DNA from: Squalus acanthias
Lineage: Eukaryota
Reading direction: 5' to 3'
DNA: 64,000 nucleotides
Assembly: GCA_030390025.1 (NCBI GenBank)
Contig: JASTWF010000033.1
Span: forward strand, 2,110,001-2,174,000
Below, piece after piece: positions 49,533-61,800 of this stretch. The position numbers were made by a program, and so were the translations under genes. Under the pieces are notes generated by a model. It searched no databases, was not told where the DNA came from, and saw nothing but the letters and a program-made list of their open reading frames with translations. Each line of letters opens with the position of its first letter. Positions within the stretch are counted from its first letter, which is position 1.

Positions 49533-49808
49533 GGGAATTAAGGGTTACGGGGAGCGGGCAGGAATTTGGACATGAGTCCAGGTTCGGATCGGTCATGGCC
49601 CTGTGGGTAGCGTAGCGGGCCCAGGGGCCGTGTAGCCTGATCCTGCTCCTATTTCGTGTGTCCAATTCTGTTAGGTTCAGGAGATGGTTCTGTGATAGTA
49701 GATTGGCGGTTAGGATCAGATCAGCCATGATCTTATTGAATGGTGGAGCAGGCTCGAGGGGCCAATTGGCCTACTCCTGCTCCTATTTCTTATGTTCTTC
49801 TGTTCTTC
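49533..49808 (+). mobile_element. Two further stacked CR1 3' ends
   Basis: attaagggttacggggagcgggcaggaa (IKGYGERAG), then two copies of a UTR ending in cctgctcctatttc (about 49642 and about 49776), the second with a ttatgttcttctgttctt tail. Confidence 0.8.
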
Positions 49809-52800
49809 TGACTGAATACCCTGGTGAGGGATTGAAGTGTAGAGGGACTGAGTACAGTGGTGTGAGATTGAAGTGTAGAGGGACTGAATACAGTGGTGTG
49901 AGATTGAAGTGTAGAGGGACTGAATACAGTGGTGAGATTGAAGTGTAGAGGGACTGAATACAGTGGTGTGGGATTGAAGTGTAGAGGGACTGAATACAGT
50001 GGTGTGAGATTGAAGTGTAGAGGGACTGAATACAGTGGTGAGATTGAAGTGTAGAGGGACTGAATACAGTGGTGTGAGATTGAAGTGTCGAGGGACTGAA
50101 TACAGTGGTGAGATTGAAGTGTAGAGGGACTGAATACAGTGGTGTGAGATTGAAGTGTCGAGGGACTGAATATAGTGGTGTGGGATTGAAGTGTAGAGGG
50201 ACTGAGTACAGTGGTGTGAGATTGAAGTGCAGAGGGACTGAATACAGTGGTGTGAGATTGAAGTGTCGAGGGACTGAATATAGTGGTGAGATTGAGGTGT
50301 AGAGGGACTGAATACAGTGGTGAGGGATTGAAGTGTAGAGGGACTGAATACCCTGGTGAGGGATTGAAGTGTCGAGGGACTGAATACGGTGGTATGAGAT
50401 TGAAGTGTAGAGGGACTGAATACAGTGGTGAGGGATTGAAGTGCAGAGGGACTGAATACAGTGGTGTGGGATTGAAGTGTAGAGGGACTGAATACAGTGG
50501 TGAGGGATTAAAGTGTAGAGGGACTGAATACAGTGGTGTGGGATTGAAGTGTAGAGGGACTGAATACAGTGGTGTGAGATTGAAGTGTAGAGGGACTGAA
50601 TACGGTGGTGTGAGATTGAAGTGTAGAGGGACTGAGTACAGTGGTGTGAGATTGAAGTGTCGAGGGACTGAGTACAGTGGTGAGGGATTGAAGTGTAGAG
50701 GGACTGAATACAGTGGTGTGGGATTGAAGTGTAGAGGGACTGAATACAGTGGTGTGGGATTGAAGTGTAGAGGGACTGAATACAGTGGTGTGAGATTGAA
50801 GTGTAGAGGGACTGAATACGGTGGTGTGAGATTGAAGTGTAGAGGGACTGAGTACAGTGGTGTGAGATTGAAGTGTCGAGGGACTGAGTACAGTGGTGAG
50901 GGATTGAAGTGTCGAGGGACTGAATACAGTGGTGTGGGATTGAAGTGTAGAGGGACTGAATACAGTGGTGTGAGATTGAAGTGTAGAGGGACTGAATACA
51001 GTGGTGTGAGATTGAAGTGTCGAGGGACTGAGTACAGTGGTGAGGGATTGAAGTGTAGAGGGACTGAATACAGTGATGTGAGATTGAAGTGTCGAGGGAC
51101 TGAGTACAGTGGTGAGGGATTGAAGTGTAGAGGGACTGAATACAGTGGTGTGGGATTGAAGTGTAGAGGGACTGAATACAGTGGTGTGAGATTGAAGTGT
51201 CGAGGGACTGAATACAGTGGTGAGGGATTGAAGTGTAGAGGGACTGAATACAGTGGTGTGGGAATGAAGTGTAGAGGGACTGAAGACAGTGGTGTGGGAT
51301 TGAAGTGTAGAGGGACTGAATACAGTGGTGTGAGATTGAAGTGTAGAGGGACTGAATACAGTGGTGTGAGATTGAAGTGTAGAGGGACTGAATACAGTGG
51401 TGTGGGATTGAAGTGTAGAGGGACTGAATACCCTGGTGTGGGATTGAAGTGTAGAGGGACTGAATACAGTGGTGTGGGATTGAAGTGTAGAGGGACTGAA
51501 TACAGTGGTGTGAGATTGAAGTGTAGAGGGACTGAATACAGTGGTGTGGGATTGAACTGTAGAGGGACTGAATACCCTGGTGTGGGATTGAAGTGTAGAG
51601 GGACTGAATACCCTGGTGTGGGATTGAAGTGTACAGGGACTGAATACAGTGGTGAGATTGAAGTGTAGAGGGACTGAATACAGTGGTGTGAGATTGATGT
51701 GTAGAGGGACTGAATACAGTGGTGAGATTGAAGTGTAGAGGGACTGAATACAGTGGTGTGAGATTGATGTGTAGAGGGACTGAATACAGTGGTGTGGGAT
51801 TGAAGTGTAGAGGGACTGAATACAGTGGTGAGATTGAAGTGTAGAGGGACTGAATACAGTGGTGTGAGATTGATGTGTAGAGGGACTGAATACAGTGGTG
51901 TGAGATTGAAGTGTAGAGGGACTGAATATAGTGGTGTGGGATTGAAGTGTAGAGGGACTGAATACAGTGGTGTTGGATTGAAGTGTAGAGGGACTGAATA
52001 CCCTGATGTGAGATTGAAGTGTAGAGGGACTGAATACAGTGGTGTGAGATTGAAGTGTAGAGGGACTGAATACCCTGGTGAGGGATTGAAGTGTCGAGGG
52101 ACTGAATACGGTGGTGTGAGATTGAAGTGTAGAGGGACTGAATACAGTGGTGTGGGATTGAAGTGCAGAGGGACTGAATACAGTGGTGAGGGATTGAAGT
52201 GTAGAGGGACTGAATACAGTGGTGTGAGATTGAAGTGTCGAGGGACTGAGTACAGTGGTGAGGGATTGAAGTGCAGAGGGACTGAATACAGTGGTGTGGG
52301 ATTGAAGTGTAGAGGGACTGAATACAGTGGTGTGGGATTGAAGTGTAGAGGGACTGAATACAGTGGTGTGAGATTGAAGTGCAGAGGGACTGAATACAGT
52401 GGTGTGGGATTGAAGTGTAGAGGGACTGAATACCCTGGTGTGGGATTGAAGTGTAGAGGGACTGAATACAGTGGTGTGGGATTGAAGTGCAGAGGGACTG
52501 AATACAGTGGTGTGAGATTGAAGTGTAGAGGGACTGAATACAGTGGTGTGAGATTGAAGTGTAGAGGGACTGAATACAGTGGTGTGGGATTGAAGTGCAG
52601 AGGGACTGAATACAGTGGTGTGAGATTGAAGTGTAGAGGGACTGAATACAGTGGTGAGATTGAAGTGTAGAGGGACTGAATACAGTGGTGTGGGATTGAA
52701 GTGTAGAGGAACTGAATACAGTGGTGTGAGATTGAAGTGTAGAGGGACTGAATACAGTGGTGTGAGATTGAAGTGTCGAGGGACTGAATATAGTGGTGTG

Positions 52801-55800
52801 GGATTGAAGTGTAGAGGGACTGAGTACAGTGGTGTGAGATTGAAGTGTAGAGGGACTGAATACAGTGGTGTGAGATTGAAGTGTAGAGGGACTGAATACA
52901 GTGGTGTGGGATTGAAGTGTAGAGGGACTGAATACAGTGGTGTGGGATTGAAGTGTAGAGGGACTGAATACAGTGGTGTGAGATTGAAGTGTAGAGGGAC
53001 TGAATACAGTGGTGTGGGATTGAAGTGTAGAGGAACTGAATACAGTGGTGAGAGATTGAAGTGTCGAGGGACTGAATACAGTGGTGTGGGATTGAAGTGT
53101 AGAGGGACTGAATACAGTGGTGAGAGATTGAAGTGTCGAGGGACTGAATACAGTGGTGAGATTGAAGTGTAGAGGGACTGAATACAGTGGTGTGGGATTG
53201 AAGTGTAGAGGGACTGAATACAGTGGTGTGGGATTGAAGTCTAGAGGGACTGAATACAGTGGTGTGGGATTGAAGTGTAGAGGAACTGAATACAGTGGTG
53301 AGATTGAAGTGTAGAGGGACTGAATACAGTGGTGTGGGATTGAAGTATAGAGGGACTGAATACAGTGGTGTGGGATTGAAGTGCAGAGCGACTGAATACA
53401 GTGGTGAGAGATTGAAGTGTGGAGGGACTGAATACAGTGGTGTGGGATTGAAGTGTAGAGGAACTGAATACAGTGGTGTGAGATTGAAGTGTGGAGGGAC
53501 TGAATACAGTGGTGTGGGATTGAAGTGTGGAGGGACTGAATACAGTGGTGTGGGATTGAAGTGTAGAGGAACTGAATACAGTGGTGTGAGATTGAAGTGT
53601 CGAGGGACTGAATACAGTGGTGTGGGATTGAAGTGTAGAGGGACTGAATACAGTGGTGTGGGATTGAAGTGTAGAGGGACTGAATACAATGGTGTGAGAT
53701 TGAAGTGTAGAGGGACTGAATACAGTGGTGAGATTGAAGTGTAGAGGGAATGAATACAGTGGTATGGGATTGAAGTGTAGAGGGACTGAATACAGTGGTG
53801 TGGGATTGAAGTGTAGAGGGACTGAATACAGTGGTGTGAGATTGAAGTGTAGAGGGACTGAATACCCTGATGTGAGATTGAAGTGTAGAGGGACTGAATA
53901 CCCTGGTGAGGGATTGAAGTGTCGAGGGACTGAATACGGTGGTGAGATTGAAGTGTAGAGGGACTGAATACAGTGGTGTGGGATTGAAGTGTAGAGGGAC
54001 TGAATACAGTGGTGTGGGATTGAAGTGTCGAGGGACTGAGTACAGTGGTGTGGGATTGAAGTGTAGAGGGACTGAATACAGTGGTGTGGGATTGAAGTGT
54101 AGAGGGACTGAATACAGTGGTGTGGGATTGAAGTGTAGAGGGACTGAATACAGTGGTGTGAGATTGAAGTGTAGAGGGAGTGAATACAGTGGTGTGGGAT
54201 TGAAGTGTAGAGGGACTGAATACAGTGGTGAGGGATTGAAGTGTAGAGGGACTGAATACAGTGGTGAGATTGAAGTGTCGAGGGACTGAGTACAGTGGTG
54301 AGGGATTGAACTGTAGAGGGACTGAATACAGTGGTGAGATTGAAGTGTCGAGGGACTGAATACAGTGGTGTGGGATTGAAGTGCAGAGGGACTGAATACA
54401 GTGGTGTGAGATTGAAGTGTAGAGGGACTGAATACAGTGGTGTGAGATTGAAGTGTAGAGGGACTGAATACAGTGGTGTGAGATTGAAGTGTAGAGGGAC
54501 TGAATACAGTGGTGTGAGATTGAAGTGTAGAGGGACTGAATACAGTGGTGTGAGATTGAAGTGTAGAGGGACTGAATACAGTGGTGTGAGATTGAAGTGT
54601 AGAGGGACTGTATACAGTGGTGTGAGATTGAAGTGTAGAGGGACTGTATACAGTGGTGTGAGATTGAAGTGTAGAGGGACTGAATACAGTGGGGAGATTG
54701 AAGTGTCGAGGGACTGAATACAGTGGTGTGGGATTGAAGTGAAGAGGGACTGAATACAGTGGTGTGGGATTGAAGTGTAGAGGGACTGAATACAGTGGTG
54801 AGGGATTGAAGTGTAGAGGGACTGAATACAGTGGTGTGGGATTGAAGTGTAGAGGGACTGAATGTGTGGTGTGAGATTGAAGTGTCGAGGGACTGAATAC
54901 AGTGGTGTGAGATTGAAGTGTAGAGGGACTGAATACAGTGGTGTGGGATTGAAGTGTAGAGGGACTGAATACAGTGGTGTGAGATTGAAGTGTAGAGGGA
55001 CTGAATGTGTGGTGTGGGATTGAAGTGTCGAGGGACTGAATACAGTGGTGTGGGATTGAAGTGTTGAGGGACTGAATACCCTGGTGAGGGATTGAAGTGT
55101 AGAGGGACTGAATACAGTGGTGTGAGATTGAAGTGTAGAGGGACTGAATGTGTGGTGTGGGATTGAAGTGTAGAGGGACTGAATACAGTGGTGTGGGATT
55201 GAAGTGTTGAGGGACTGAATACCCTGATGTGAGATTGAAGTGTAGAGGGACTGAATACAGTGGTGTGAGATTGAAGTGTAGAGGGACTGAATACAGTGGT
55301 GTGAGATTGAAGTGTAGAGGGACTGAATACAGTGGTGTTGGATTGAAGTGTAGAGGGACTGAATACAGTGGTGTGAGATTGAAGTGTAGAGGGACTGAAT
55401 GTGTGGTGTGGGATTGAAGTGTCGAGGGACTGAATACAGTGGTGTGAGATTGAAGTGTAGAGGGACTGAATACAGTGGTGTGGGATTGAAGTGTAGAGGG
55501 ACTGAATACAGTGGTGTGGGATTGAAGTGTTGAGGGACTGAATACCCTGGTGAGGGATTGAAGTGTAGAGGGACTGAATACAGTGGTGTGAGATTGAAGT
55601 GCAGAGGGACTGAATACAGTGGTGTTGGATTGAAGTGTCGAGGGACTGAGTACAGTGTTGTGGGATTGAAGTGAAGAGGGACTGAATACAGTGGTGTGGG
55701 ATTGAAGTGTAGAGGGACTGAATACAGTGGTGTGAGATTGAAGTGTAGAGGGACTGAATACAGTGGTGTGGGATTGAAGTGTCGAGGGACTGAATACAGT

Positions 55801-58800
55801 GGTGTGGGATTGAAGTGTCGAGGGACTGAATACAGTGGTGTGGGATTGAAGTGCGGAGGGACTGAATACAGTGGTGTGGGATTGAAGTGTAGAGGGACTG
55901 AATACAGTGGTGTGAGATTGAAGTGTAGAGGGACTGAATACAGTGGTGTGAGATTGAAATGTAGAGGGACTGAATACAGTGGTGTGGGATTGAAGTGTAG
56001 AGGGACTGAATACCCTGGTGAGGGATTGAAGTGTAGAGGGACTGAATACAGTGGTGTGAGATTGAAGTGTAGAGGGACTGAATACAGTGGTGAGGGATTG
56101 AAGTGTAGAGGGACTGAATACAGTGGTGAGATTGAAGTGTAGAGGGACTGAATACAGTGGTGTGAGATTGAAGTGTAGAGGGACTGTATACAGTGGTGTG
56201 AGATTGAAGTGTAGAGGGACTGTATACAGTGGTGTGAGATTGAAGTGTAGAGGGACTGAATACAGTGGGGAGATTGAAGTGTCGAGGGACTGAATACAGT
56301 GGTGTGGGATTGAAGTGAAGAGGGACTGAATACAGTGGTGTGGGATTGAAGTGTAGAGGGACTGAATACAGTGGTGAGGGATTGAAGTGTAGAGGGACTG
56401 AATACAGTGGTGTGGGATTGAAGTGTAGAGGGACTGAATGTGTGGTGTGAGATTGAAGTGTCGAGGGACTGAATACAGTGGTGTGAGATTGAAGTGTAGA
56501 GGGACTGAATACAGTGGTGTGGGATTGAAGTGTGGAGGGACTGAATACAGTGGTGTGAGATTGAAGTGTAGAGGGACTGAATGTGTGGTGTGGGATTGAA
56601 GTGTCGAGGGACTGAATACAGTGGTGTGGGATTGAAGTGTTGAGGGACTGAATACCCTGGTGAGGGATTGAAGTGTAGAGGGACTGAATACAGTGGTGTG
56701 AGATTGAAGTGTAGAGGGACTGAATGTGTGGTGTGGGATTGAAGTGTAGAGGGACTGAATACAGTGGTGTGGATTGAAGTGTTGAGGGACTGAATACCCT
56801 GATGTGAGATTGAAGTGTAGAGGGACTGAATACAGTGGTGTGAGATTGAAGTGTAGAGGGACTGAATACAGTGGTGTGAGATTGAAGTGTAGAGGGACTG
56901 AATACAGTGGTGTTGGATTGAAGTGTAGAGGGACTGAATACAGTGGTGTGAGATTGAAGTGTAGAGGGACTGAATGTGTGGTGTGAGATTGAAGTGTCGA
57001 GGGACTGAATACAGTGGTGTGAGATTGAAGTGTAGAGGGACTGAATACAGTGGTGTGGGATTGAAGTGTAGAGGGACTGAATACAGTGGTGTGGGATTGA
57101 AGTGTTGAGGGACTGAATACCTGGTGAGGGATTGAAGTGTAGAGGGACTGAATACAGTGGTGTGAGATTGAAGTGCAGAGGGACTGAATACAGTGGTGTT
57201 GGATTGAAGTGTCGAGGGACTGAGTACAGTGTTGTGGGATTGAAGTGAAGAGGGACTGAATACAGTGGTGTGGGATTGAAGTGTAGAGGGACTGAATACA
57301 GTGGTGTGAGATTGAAGTGTAGAGGGACTGAATACAGTGGTGTGGGATTGAAGTGTCGAGGGACTGAATACAGTGGTGTGGGATTGAAGTGTCGAGGGAC
57401 TGAATACAGTGGTGTGGGATTGAAGTGCGGAGGGACTGAATACAGTGGTGTGGGATTGAAGTGTAGAGGGACTGAATACAGTGGTGTGAGATTGAAGTGT
57501 AGAGGGACTGAATACAGTGGTGTGAGATTGAAGTGTAGAGGGACTGAATACAGTGGTGTGGGATTGAAGTGTAGAGGGACTGAATACAGTGGTGTGAGAT
57601 TGAAATGTAGAGGGACTGAATACAGTGGTGTGGGATTGAAGTGTAGAGGGACTGAATACCCTGGTGAGGGATTGAAGTGTAGAGGGACTGAATACAGTGG
57701 TGTGAGATTGAAGTGTAGAGGGACTGAATACAGTGGTGAGGGATTGAAGTGTAGAGGGACTGAATACAGTGGTGAGATTGAAGTGTAGAGGGACTGAATA
57801 CCCTGATGTGAGATTGAAGTGTAGAGGGACTGAATACAGTGGTGTGAGATTGAAGTGTAGAGGGACTGAATACAGTGGTGAGATTGAAGTGTCGAGGGAC
57901 TGAATACAGTGGTGTGAGATTGAAGTGCAGAGGGACTGAATACAGTGGCGTTGGATTGAAGTGTAGAGGGACTGAATACAGTGGTGAGATTGAAGTGTAG
58001 AGGGACTGAATACCCTGGTGTGGGATTGAAGTGTAGAGGGACTGAATACAGTGGTGTGGGATTGAAGTGCAGAGGGACTGAATACAGTGGTGTGAGATTG
58101 AAGTGTAGAGGGACTGAATACAGTGGTGTGAGATTGAAGTGTAGAGGGACTGAATACAGTGGTGTGGGATTGAAGTGTAGAGGGACTGAATACAGTGGTG
58201 TGGGATTGAAGTGTAGAGGGACTGAATACAGTGGTGTGGGATTGAAGTGGAGAGGGACTGAATACAGTGGTGTGGGATTGAAGTGTAGAGGGACTGAATA
58301 CAGTGGTGTGGGATTGAAGTGTAGAGGGACTGAATATAGTGGTGTGAGATTGAAGTGCAGAGGGACTGAAAACAGTGGTGTGAGATTGAAGTGTAGAGGG
58401 ACTGAAAACAGTGGTGTGAGATTGAAGTGTAGAGGGACTGAATACAGTGGTGTGGGATTGAAGTGTAGAGGGACTGAATACAGTGGTGTGGGATTGAAGT
58501 GTAGAGGGACTGAATATAGTGGTGTGAGATTGAAGTGTAGAGGGACTGAATACCCTGGTGTGGGATTGAAGTGTCGAGGGACTGAATACCCTGATGTGAG
58601 ATTGAAGTGTAGAGGGACTGAATACAGTGGTGTGGGATTGAAGTGTAGAGGGACTGAATACAGTGGTGTGAGATTGTAGTGTAGAGGGACTGAATACAGT
58701 GATGTGAGATTGAAGTGTGGAGGGACTGAATACAGTGGTGTGGGATTGAAGTGTAGAGGGACTGAATACAGTGGTGTGAGATTGAAGTGTAGAGGGACTG

Positions 58801-61800
58801 AATACAGTGGTGAGGGATTGAAGTGTAGAGGGACTGAATACAGTGGTGAGGGATTGAAGTGTAGAGGGACTGAATACAGTGGTGTTGGATTGAAGTGTAG
58901 ATGGACTGAATACAGTGGTGAGGGATTGAAGTGTAGAGGGACTGAATACAGTGGTGTTGGATTGAAGTGTCGATGGACTGAATACAGTGGTGTGGGATTG
59001 AAGTGTAGAGGGACTGAATACAGTGGTGTGAGATTGAAGTGTCGAGGGACTGAATACAGTGGTGTGGGATTGAAGTGTAGAGGGACTGAATACAGTGGTG
59101 AGATTGAAGTGTAGAGGGACTGAATACAGTGGTGAGATTGAAGTGTAGAGGGACTGAATACAGTGGTGTGAGATTGAAGTGTAGAGGGACTGAATACAGT
59201 GGTGAGATTGAAGTGTAGAGGGACTGAATACAGTGGTGTGGGATTGAAGTGTAGAGGGACTGAATACCCTGGTGTGGGATTGAAGTGTAGAGGGACTGAA
59301 TACAGTGGTGAGGGATTGAAGTGTAGAGGGACTGAATACAGTGGTGTGAGATTGAAGTGTAGAGGGACTGAATACAGTGGTGTGGGATTGAACTGTAGAG
59401 GGACTGAATACCCTGGTGTGGGATTGAAGTGTAGAGGGACTGAATACCCTGGTGTGGGATTGAAGTGTACAGGGACTGAATACAGTGGTGAGATTGAAGT
59501 GTAGAGGGACTGAATACAGTGGTGTGAGATTGATGTGTAGAGGGACTGAATACAGTGGTGAGATTGAAGTGTAGAGGGACTGAATACAGTGGTGTGAGAT
59601 TGATGTGTAGAGGGACTGAATACAGTGGTGTGGGATTGAAGTGTAGAGGGACTGAATACAGTGGTGAGATTGAAGTGTAGAGGGACTGAATACAGTGGTG
59701 TGAGATTGATGTGTAGAGGGACTGAATACAGTGGTGTGAGATTGAAGTGTAGAGGGACTGAATATAGTGGTGTGGGATTGAAGTGTAGAGGGACTGAATA
59801 CAGTGGTGTTGGATTGAAGTGTAGAGGGACTGAATACCCTGATGTGAGATTGAAGTGTAGAGGGACTGAATACAGTGGTGTGAGATTGAAGTGTAGAGGG
59901 ACTGAATACCCTGGTGAGGGATTGAAGTGTCGAGGGACTGAATACGGTGGTGTGAGATTGAAGTGTAGAGGGACTGAATACAGTGGTGTGGGATTGAAGT
60001 GCAGAGGGACTGAATACAGTGGTGAGGGATTGAAGTGTAGAGGGACTGAATACAGTGGTGTGAGATTGAAGTGTCGAGGGACTGAGTACAGTGGTGAGGG
60101 ATTGAAGTGTAGAGGGACTGAATACAGTGGTGTGGGATTGAAGTGTAGAGGGACTGAATACAGTGGTGTGGGATTGAAGTGTAGAGGGACTGAATACAGT
60201 GGTGTGAGATTGAAGTGTAGAGGGACTGAATACAGTGGTGTGGGATTGAAGTGTAGAGGGACTGAATACAGTGGTGTGGGAATGAAGTGTAGAGGGACTG
60301 AATACAGTGGTGTGGGATTGAACTGTAGAGGGACTGAATACAGTGGTGTGGGATTGAAGTGTAGAGGGACTGAATACCCTGGTGTGGGATTGAAGTGTAG
60401 AGGGACTGAATACAGTGGTGTGGGATTGAAGTGCAGAGGGACTGAATACAGTGGTGTGAGATTGAAGTGTAGAGGGACTGAATACAGTGGTGTGAGATTG
60501 AAGTGTAGAGGGACTGAATACAGTGGTGTGGGATTGAAGTGCAGAGGGACTGAATACAGTGGTGTGAGATTGAAGTGTAGAGGGACTGAATACAGTGGTG
60601 AGATTGAAGTGTAGAGGGACTGAATACAGTGGTGTGGGATTGAAGTGTAGAGGAACTGAATACAGTGGTGTGAGATTGAAGTGTAGAGGGACTGAATACA
60701 GTGGTGTGAGATTGAAGTGTCGAGGGACTGAATATAGTGGTGTGGGATTGAAGTGTAGAGGGACTGAGTACAGTGGTGTGAGATTGAAGTGTAGAGGGAC
60801 TGAATACAGTGGTGTGAGATTGAAGTGTAGAGGGACTGAATACAGTGGTGTGGGATTGAAGTGTAGAGGGACTGAATACAGTGGTGTGGGATTGAAGTGT
60901 AGAGGGACTGAATACAGTGGTGTGAGATTGAAGTGTAGAGGGACTGAATACAGTGGTGTGGGATTGAAGTGTAGAGGAACTGAATACAGTGGTGAGAGAT
61001 TGAAGTGTCGAGGGACTGAATACAGTGGTGTGGGATTGAAGTGTAGAGGGACTGAATACAGTGGTGAGAGATTGAAGTGTCGAGGGACTGAATACAGTGG
61101 TGAGATTGAAGTGTAGAGGGACTGAATACAGTGGTGTGGGATTGAGGTGTAGAGGGACTGAATACAGTGGTGTGGGATTGAAGTCTAGAGGGACTGAATA
61201 CAGTGGTGTGGGATTGAAGTGTAGAGGAACTGAATACAGTGGTGAGATTGAAGTGTAGAGGGACTGAATACAGTGGTGTGGGATTGAAGTATAGAGGGAC
61301 TGAATACAGTGGTGTGGGATTGAAGTGCAGAGCGACTGAATACAGTGGTGAGAGATTGAAGTGTGGAGGGACTGAATACAGTGGTGTGGGATTGAAGTGT
61401 AGAGGAACTGAATACAGTGGTGTGAGATTGAAGTGTGGAGGGACTGAATACAGTGGTGTGGGATTGAAGTGTGGAGGGACTGAATACAGTGGTGTGGGAT
61501 TGAAGTGTAGAGGGACTGAATACAGTGGTGTGGGATTGAAGTGTAGAGGAACTGAATACAGTGGTGTGAGATTGAAGTGTCGAGGGACTGAATACAGTGG
61601 TGTGGGATTGAAGTGTAGAGGGACTGAATACAGTGGTGTGGGATTGAAGTGTAGAGGGACTGAATACAATGGTGTGAGATTGAAGTGTAGAGGGACTGAA
61701 TACAGTGGTGAGATTGAAGTGTAGAGGGACTGAATACAGTGGTGTGGGATTGAAGTGTAGAGGGACTGAATACAGTGGTGTGGGATTGAAGTGTAGAGGG

